From: Candidatus Niyogibacteria bacterium
Lineage (GTDB): Bacteria; Patescibacteriota; Minisyncoccia; HO2-45-28
Reading direction: 5' to 3'
DNA: 64,000 nucleotides
Assembly: GCA_016432485.1 (NCBI GenBank)
Contig: CP066691.1
Span: 388,709 to 452,708 of the forward strand
Shown piece after piece: positions 58,209 through 64,000 of the stretch; position 1 is the stretch's first letter; every line of letters begins with the position of its first letter. The position numbers and the translations under genes are program-made. Under the pieces are notes generated by a model. It was not told the DNA's origin. It ran no database searches and saw only the letters and a program-made list of their open reading frames with translations.

Positions 58209-58307
58209 ATTAATTCAATTATACTCCGCCACGGACAAAACCGTCATCTGTGGAAAAAGGTTAATAAAACCCGAGTCTAATTCGGGAAAAATGAGCTCAA
58301 ATTGTAT

Positions 58308-59411
58308 TTAGCCGCGTTTTGAACGCCTTAAGAATGCCGGCACTGCCTCCCAGTCACTTTCATCAGCTGCTTCTTTTTTCGCTTTAACTTCGGTGCCGTT
58401 TTCCGCGCCCTCTTTTTTGTCCTTATCGTTTTGAAATAGTTTTTGAATTCTGCCGTCAGACGGGAAACCGGAAGCGATAACCGTTATTTTAAATTCTCCC
58501 CTTTTCAGACGGTCATCATGAAAAGCTCCGAAAATGACTTTGGCTTCTTTGTCTATGGCCCCAGTTATCACCCGCGCCGCTTCTTGAATCTCCCACATAG
58601 TCATATCTTCTCCGCCGGATACGGCAAAAAGAACACCTTTGGCGCCGTCAATGGACATGTCCAAAAGCGGCGAACTAATAGCTAGACGGGCGGCTTCTTC
58701 GGCCCTCTTATCTCCCGCGCCCTTACCTATGCCCATAAGAGCCGAACCCGAATTGGACATAATGGCTTTTACATCTGAAAAATCCACGTTTATTATTCCA
58801 GGCATGGTAATCAAGTCCGATATACCCTGCACGGCTTGGCGTAAAACCTCGTCGCACATGGCAAAAGCCGACAGAAAAGAAGTATTCTTATCCACCACCG
58901 CAAGCAAACGATCGTTTGGAATAACAATCATAGCGTCAACATTATTTCTTAATTTGACCAGACCCTCTTCGGCTATCTGAATTCTTTTCAAGCCCTCAAA
59001 AACAAAAGGCTTGGTAACAACGGCAATGGTCAATATGCCCGCCCCTTTTGCCGCGGAAGCAATTACAGGCGCGGCTCCGCTGCCGGTCCCGCCGCCGAAA
59101 CCGCAAGTGACAAAAACCATATCGGCTCCTTTAAGCGATTCTTCAATTTCAGCTTTATTTTCTTCGGCTGCCTGCCTGCCTAGATCCGGGTCCATTCCGG
59201 CGCCAAGTCCTCGAGTTACGGTGCGTCCGATATGCAGTTTCTTGGACATCAAACTATGATGCAAATCCTGGGCGTCGGTATTGACGCCGATAAAATCCAC
59301 CCCCCTCACTTTTGAACGGATCATGTGGTCAACGGCATTAAGCCCGGAGCCGCCGACTCCGATGACTTTAACGCGCGCGAATGTTTCCACGTCTGGTTTT
59401 ACTTGCGGCAT
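58308..59411 (-). CDS. ftsZ: cell division protein FtsZ
   Basis: GVGGSGLNAV, GGGTGSGAAPVIA tubulin signature. Confidence 0.9.
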   Translation of the reverse strand: MPQVKPDVETFARVKVIGVGGSGLNAVDHMIRSKVRGVDFIGVNTDAQDLHHSLMSKKLHIGRTVTRGLGAGMDPDLGRQAAEENKAEIEESLKGADMVFVTCGFGGGTGSGAAPVIASAAKGAGILTIAVVTKPFVFEGLKRIQIAEEGLVKLRNNVDAMIVIPNDRLLAVVDKNTSFLSAFAMCDEVLRQAVQGISDLITMPGIINVDFSDVKAIMSNSGSALMGIGKGAGDKRAEEAARLAISSPLLDMSIDGAKGVLFAVSGGEDMTMWEIQEAARVITGAIDKEAKVIFGAFHDDRLKRGEFKITVIASGFPSDGRIQKLFQNDKDKKEGAENGTEVKAKKEAADESDWEAVPAFLRRSKRG

Positions 59412-59525
59412 AAAAATTAGTTTATAACTTTTAGCTTATATCTGTTACCTTTTATGGGCAAGTTGACCATGCCGCCCTTTGTGTGGCGTAAATACGAATA
59501 CGCCGCGCGGCTGGCGTATTCGTAT

Positions 59526-60692
59526 TTACGGCAAAAGGGATTTAAGCCAGCGAAACGCCGCGTTTTTGGTTTTTGCGGTGAGGTTCGAGCCAAATCCCGG
59601 ACGCCCCTGGCTGGCATCATAAGCCATAATACAAAGCCCGACTGCCACTGACCAAGGCCCGATGTCCAATCCGTCCGGCATTCTAGTTTCTTCAAAATCG
59701 CCCATCCGAACCGGAAGCTCCAGATAATCTTTCACGAAATCGGGAAGGTCGGGCAGTCTTGCTCCGCCTCCGGTCAAAACAACGCCCGCGGGCAAAAGTT
59801 TGACGCGGTCTATTTTCTTTAAATGTTTATTGGTCAATTCAAAAATATCCGAAAGTCTTGCCGAAATAATATCGGCAGCCTGTTTTTTTGACGATGCCGA
59901 GGACGCCGAGAAATTTTTTTTCATATTCTCGGCTTCATCAATGGTTGTTTTAAAACCAATAGCCAAGTCGCTTGTAATGTTTGCCGAACCGTACGGCAAA
60001 ACTTCAAGCGAAATGGGCAGACCTTCTTCAAAAACAGCAAGCGACGAAGTGCCCGCGCCTATATCAATCAGCATTGCGCCCACCTCTTTATGGCGTTTCG
60101 GCAAGACCGCGCGGGCGGCGGCAATCGGAGAAGCAATAACATCTTCGGCCATAAACCCGGAAAGCTCGGCGACCCTAACCACGTTTTTGATGTCTCGGCT
60201 CAAAGCAGTAATGAATATAGCTTCGCATTCAAGTTTTGAACCGACCATTCCGGTTGGATCAGGAGTTTTGAATTGCCCGTCAACCGTAAAAGACAAAGCA
60301 AAACTATGCAGAACTTCGCGATTCGTCAAAGGCTCTATGTTTGATTGGCATTGCTCAAGGGCCCGAGCGGCGTCAAATTCCGAAATTTCATGATTGGCCC
60401 TGGATACCATAATCAGCCCCTTGGAGCGCACGTAAGCAAGATCCGTGCCGCCAACAGACAAAACCCCGGAGCGCAAACGTAAACCCGATTTCTTTTCGGC
60501 CATTACGACTGATGCCTTGAGACTTTTTGACGTTTCTTCAATATCTATGATTTTTCCTCTTCTGATGCCGGAAGAAGGACTGGAACCGACACCAAGAATT
60601 TTCAAGCCCTCGCCGCGTTTATCCCAGCCGGCGACAACGCTTTGGACGCCGGAACTCCCGATATCTATTCCTAGGACAAAATTTTTAGCCAT
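59526..60692 (-). CDS. ftsA: cell division protein FtsA
   Basis: Actin-like ATPase (GIDIGSSGVQ...). Directly upstream of ftsZ. Confidence 0.85.
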   Translation of the reverse strand: MAKNFVLGIDIGSSGVQSVVAGWDKRGEGLKILGVGSSPSSGIRRGKIIDIEETSKSLKASVVMAEKKSGLRLRSGVLSVGGTDLAYVRSKGLIMVSRANHEISEFDAARALEQCQSNIEPLTNREVLHSFALSFTVDGQFKTPDPTGMVGSKLECEAIFITALSRDIKNVVRVAELSGFMAEDVIASPIAAARAVLPKRHKEVGAMLIDIGAGTSSLAVFEEGLPISLEVLPYGSANITSDLAIGFKTTIDEAENMKKNFSASSASSKKQAADIISARLSDIFELTNKHLKKIDRVKLLPAGVVLTGGGARLPDLPDFVKDYLELPVRMGDFEETRMPDGLDIGPWSVAVGLCIMAYDASQGRPGFGSNLTAKTKNAAFRWLKSLLP

Positions 60693-61075
60693 TTTTGCTC
60701 TGCTTGATTCATAATTTTTAATTGTTTCGGAGTGTCATGTTTAAACCCTTTTAAGTGCAGAAGGGCGTGAATATACACTAAAAGAACGTGCGATCTTTGG
60801 GTTCGCGCCGACTTTTTAGCCTCGCGGCGAACAAACGGCAAATCAATAAAAATCTCTCCGGAATTTTTACCCAACGCGAAGGCCAAAACATTTGTCGGCC
60901 CGTTCTTACGGCGGTATCTGCGGTTAATCCGCGTCATCTCTTTGTCGCCGGTAAAAACCAGGCTCAAATCGTAACGCGAAAACAATATTTTATTTTTAAT
61001 TTTCTGCCAGGGAAGCTCCGGAAGAGTCTTTACGGTCAAATTTTTAACTGCGAACGCCGTCATCGCCCTAACCAA
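60671..61075 (-). CDS. ybeY: rRNA maturation endoribonuclease YbeY
   Basis: HALLHLKGFKHDT, the H..H...H metal motif. Confidence 0.75.
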   Translation of the reverse strand: MVRAMTAFAVKNLTVKTLPELPWQKIKNKILFSRYDLSLVFTGDKEMTRINRRYRRKNGPTNVLAFALGKNSGEIFIDLPFVRREAKKSARTQRSHVLLVYIHALLHLKGFKHDTPKQLKIMNQAEQKWLKILS

Positions 61076-61517
61076 GCTTTTCTTTCACAGCTTCGGCTAC
61101 CCGATCGCCTGAAGCTTTGCCCTTTAAAACCGCCATAGCCGCTTTCATTACTTTTCCGAAATCACCGGCTCCTTTTGCTCCGGTCTCGCGAACGCTGTCC
61201 ACAACAATTCTTTTCAAATCCTCGTCTGAAATCTCTTGCGGAAGATAAGCCGATATCATCTCTCCCTCTTTTTCTTCTTTTGAAGCCATTTCCTGGCGAC
61301 CGCCTTTCAAAAATTCCCTAACGGCATCCTTGCGTTTTTTCAATTCCTTGGAAAGAACGTCTATAATCTCTTCATCCGAAAGTCCGACCTCTTTTTTTAA
61401 AACCTCTATCTCCTTATTGGCTATGGCGGACAAAATCATCCGCAGAACCGAAACTTTCAGAGTTTCGCCCGCCTTCATCGCGATTTTCAATTCGTCTTCA
61501 AGCCTTTTTTTAAGCAT
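61068..61517 (-). CDS. GatB/YqeY-domain protein
   Basis: MLKKRLEDELKIAMKAGETLKVSVLRMILSAIANKEIE. Confidence 0.7.
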   Translation of the reverse strand: MLKKRLEDELKIAMKAGETLKVSVLRMILSAIANKEIEVLKKEVGLSDEEIIDVLSKELKKRKDAVREFLKGGRQEMASKEEKEGEMISAYLPQEISDEDLKRIVVDSVRETGAKGAGDFGKVMKAAMAVLKGKASGDRVAEAVKEKLG

Positions 61518-61743
61518 TTTGACGCCCCACTTTTATTTTACCGAGTTTTTGCAATTTTTCTATTTCTTTCCTGCGCTTAATGCGCGCCAGGGCGTTTTTG
61601 CGCTTTTTAAAATCGGACGACTTGCGCTCGTGAAAACGAACTTTGCGCACGCGGCCCAAAATCCCGGCCTGTTGAACCTTTTTGGTAAAGCGCCTCAAAG
61701 CGCTGGTCGTGGTTTCATTTTCATTTCTTTTTATTTCAGCCAT
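61510..61743 (-). CDS. rpsU: 30S ribosomal protein S21
   Basis: MAEIKRNENETTTSALRRFTKKVQQAGILGRVRKVRFHERKS..., S21 pattern. Start chosen at the internal ATG. Confidence 0.7.
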   Translation of the reverse strand: MAEIKRNENETTTSALRRFTKKVQQAGILGRVRKVRFHERKSSDFKKRKNALARIKRRKEIEKLQKLGKIKVGRQNA

Positions 61744-61792
61744 AAAATTAAGCGTAAAGCGAAATACTAAAAATGTAAAATAGTTGTTTCTT

Positions 61793-62128
61793 CTATTTGT
61801 CCGTATTTTTTGCCCAGCCGCCCAAAAGATGCAAGTGAAGATGGTCAACGATTTGTCCTCCGTCGCGCCCGACATTAAAAACCAACTTATAACCCTTAAG
61901 CCCGACGCGTTCCGCCTGCATTTTGGCAATAAAAATCAGCTCTGAAATTATTTCTTTATGATTGTCCTTCAAATGTCCTATGGACTCAATATGCTCCTTG
62001 GGCACCGCCAAATAATGTACGGGTGCTGACGGCTTTATGTCTTTGAAAACAATAATACCCTCATTTTCAAAAATAATTTCGGCAGGGATTTCTTTTTTAG
62101 CTATCTTGCAAAAAATACAGCCATCCAT
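61793..62128 (-). CDS. HIT-family (histidine triad) protein
   Basis: C-terminal HLHLHLLGG histidine triad. Confidence 0.8.
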   Translation of the reverse strand: MDGCIFCKIAKKEIPAEIIFENEGIIVFKDIKPSAPVHYLAVPKEHIESIGHLKDNHKEIISELIFIAKMQAERVGLKGYKLVFNVGRDGGQIVDHLHLHLLGGWAKNTDK

Positions 62129-62132
62129 GCTT

Positions 62133-63506
62133 TTAATTTCTGATTTTCGACTTCTTTTTCAGATAATCAACAACTTTTTCCTGGAGCACGGTTTCTTGGG
62201 CTCCGGAAATCATGTCGCGCACAATAGCCGTTCCGTCAAGGGCTTCTTTCTGGCCGATTATCAGAGCCGTAGCGGAACCGGCCTTATCCGCCAGTTGCAG
62301 CTGCTGACGCAAATTATCTTTGGAAAAAGACTGGGTAAGGCTGAACTTGGCTTTGCGCAAAGATTCAAAAATGGCTAAAGTCTTTTTCTTAGCCTGCGGC
62401 CCAATTTGAATCAAAGATACGTCTGGTTTTTTTTCTTTCACCGGATTCAACCCCCGAATTGCCAGCTCCTCGGCCAAACGGTCAACCCCCAAGGCTCCGC
62501 CAACGCCAAAAAGTTTCTTTTGCCCCAAATTTTCAGCCAGATAATCATAACGGCCTCCGGCAGCCAAGGCTACCGGCGCAGGAGCGGTCGGCTTTTTATC
62601 AGCCGGGTTTTCTGCTCCTTCGGGTTCTTTAGATTCCCCGGATTCTTTCTTCTTTTCCGGCGATGCCTCCAAAAAAATTTCAAAAACAGTTCTTGAATAA
62701 TAATCCAGACCCCTTACTAAATGGGGGTCAAGAAAATAAGGAACGTTCAATTCGTCCAAAAGTTCCAAAACGCTTTTGAAATGGGCCCGGCAGGACTGAC
62801 AGCTGAAATCTATGGTTTTGGGCGCATCAGCCTTAACCTCAACGCACGAAGGTTCTTTGCAATCCAGAAGCCGCAACGGATTGGTCTTAAGTCTCTGGCG
62901 GCAATTTTTGCAAAGCGAATTTATTTTTCGGCGATAATAAGCCAGAAGTTCTTTGCGAAAATCCGCCCGGCATTCCTTGTCGCCCAAAGTATTTATATGA
63001 ACAATAAAATTTTTGAGGCCCATTTCCTGAAAAATTAGCGCGAAAGCGCGGATAACCAAAGCGTCGGAAAAACTTGATTCATCTCCCAGAACCTCCAAAT
63101 CAAACTGTTCAAACTCGCGAAAACGGCCGCGCTGCGGATTTTCGTGCCTAAAAAAAGAGCCGAACGTGTAAAACATAACCGGCTGGGTCCATGATTGCAT
63201 GCCGTGTTCAAAATAAACGCGAACCGCGGGCACAGTCCACTCGGGACGCAAAACCAAATTATCTCCGCCGCGAGTTTTAAAAGAATACATTTGTTTTTCA
63301 ACTATGTCCGAAGTTTCTCCCAGGGTCGGCGAAAAAATCTCCGCATGTTCTATGTGGGGCGTACGAATGGGCTTAAAGCCGTAGGCCTCGGCTATTTCTC
63401 CGGCTTTGGATTCAATAGCTCTCAAAACCAAGACATCGTGAGGCATTATGTCTCTTGTTCCCTTGGGCGTTTTTAGAAATTCTTTTTTGGAAATTTTCTT
63501 GGGCAT
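62133..63506 (-). CDS. hisS: histidyl-tRNA synthetase
   Basis: Class II aaRS motifs (FRHENPQRGRFREFEQ, GGRYD) with a low-complexity K/E/P insertion. Confidence 0.85.
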   Translation of the reverse strand: MPKKISKKEFLKTPKGTRDIMPHDVLVLRAIESKAGEIAEAYGFKPIRTPHIEHAEIFSPTLGETSDIVEKQMYSFKTRGGDNLVLRPEWTVPAVRVYFEHGMQSWTQPVMFYTFGSFFRHENPQRGRFREFEQFDLEVLGDESSFSDALVIRAFALIFQEMGLKNFIVHINTLGDKECRADFRKELLAYYRRKINSLCKNCRQRLKTNPLRLLDCKEPSCVEVKADAPKTIDFSCQSCRAHFKSVLELLDELNVPYFLDPHLVRGLDYYSRTVFEIFLEASPEKKKESGESKEPEGAENPADKKPTAPAPVALAAGGRYDYLAENLGQKKLFGVGGALGVDRLAEELAIRGLNPVKEKKPDVSLIQIGPQAKKKTLAIFESLRKAKFSLTQSFSKDNLRQQLQLADKAGSATALIIGQKEALDGTAIVRDMISGAQETVLQEKVVDYLKKKSKIRN

Positions 63507-63539
63507 ATTACAAATTAACCTAATTATTCTAATAGAAAT

Positions 63540-64000
63540 TTAATTTTCTTGTCCCGGCATATAAGCAAACGCTGTCGGAGGCCATAATCTTAATAAAGCC
63601 CTGCCGGTTATGTTCTTCCTCGGAAGCGGCCCCCAACTGCGCGAATCCAAGCTGAAAAAATTATTGTCGCCCATCACGAAATATTCATCGTCTCCCATCC
63701 GCCATTCTTTGCCGTCAATGACCAATTCCTCACCGGGAAGACCGACTATCCTTTTTATGAAAAACTTTGACGGGTCCAAGGGATAGCGAAAAACTATAAC
63801 ATCGTCTTTTTGGGGCTCGCGGATAAGATTATAAGTCAGTTCGTCAATAATCAAATAGTCGCCCGATGAAAATGTCGGCGCCATTGATTCGCCCGAGACG
63901 ATAAAGGGCTGGGCGATAAAAAACCGAATAGGCATCACAATCGCTAAAACAATAATGCCGAATTTGGCTATTTCCCAAACCCCGGACCAAAATTTAGATT
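63540..64000 (-). CDS. lepB: signal peptidase I (partial; N-terminus beyond window end)
   Basis: GESMAPTF (Ser box), VMGDNNFFSLDSRSWG. In-frame upstream codons encode the TM anchor FGIIVLAIV running off the window. Confidence 0.7.
   Translation of the reverse strand, partial: SKFWSGVWEIAKFGIIVLAIVMPIRFFIAQPFIVSGESMAPTFSSGDYLIIDELTYNLIREPQKDDVIVFRYPLDPSKFFIKRIVGLPGEELVIDGKEWRMGDDEYFVMGDNNFFSLDSRSWGPLPRKNITGRALLRLWPPTAFAYMPGQEN

Noticed and set aside
58209-58307. Possible cobalamin riboswitch upstream of the class II RNR
   Set aside because: Intergenic region is only ~100 nt and lacks a recognisable B12-box. Too short for the riboswitch.

Overview
AT-rich bacterial chromosomal segment with high coding density, mostly on the minus strand. 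Its style resembles small-genome Patescibacteria/CPR-like organisms; this is inference, not a database result. Main content, in order: (i) a 23S-5S rRNA operon on the minus strand with no adjacent 16S, driven by a consensus sigma70 promoter. The 23S is about 4.1 kb because it carries a ~700-nt group I intron at the E. coli-equivalent L2593 site encoding a single-motif LAGLIDADG homing endonuclease, several low-complexity expansion segments, and a ~145-bp structured palindromic element that recurs in the rRNA leader. (ii) Four tRNAs (Val-CAC, Gln-CTG, Thr-CGT, Gly-CCC), an RNase P RNA with the type-B-like GAAAGUGCCACAG motif, and a candidate ~225-nt structured ncRNA with a perfect TTGACA-17-TATAAT promoter. 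(iii) Housekeeping genes: rplJ-rplL, ferredoxin, class IV aminotransferase, nth, a Glu/Leu dehydrogenase, msrA/msrB, ftsEX, prfB, lepA, murJ, an M16 peptidase, class II RNR, ftsZ/ftsA, ybeY, rpsU, a HIT protein, hisS and partial lepB. (iv) Two giant secreted surface proteins (beta-helix/lamin-tail; PG-binding/Ig-like). (v) Accessory and mobile content: a REP-associated tyrosine transposase (IS200-like HuH) surrounded by five REP palindromes, one translated in-frame inside a TPR protein; two paralogous short PaaX-like (wHTH + Cas2-like fold) genes, each bracketed by CGATCG-centred palindromes; a ~2-kb cassette bounded by near-perfect 83-bp inverted repeats at the 3' end of tRNA-Thr, carrying a GCS2-family amide ligase and an AstE/AspA-family deacylase; a GC-rich island with Cys-rich mini-proteins; and a modular array of small secreted/Zn-ribbon genes with repeated boundary motifs next to tRNA-Gly. 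No CRISPR array was found.
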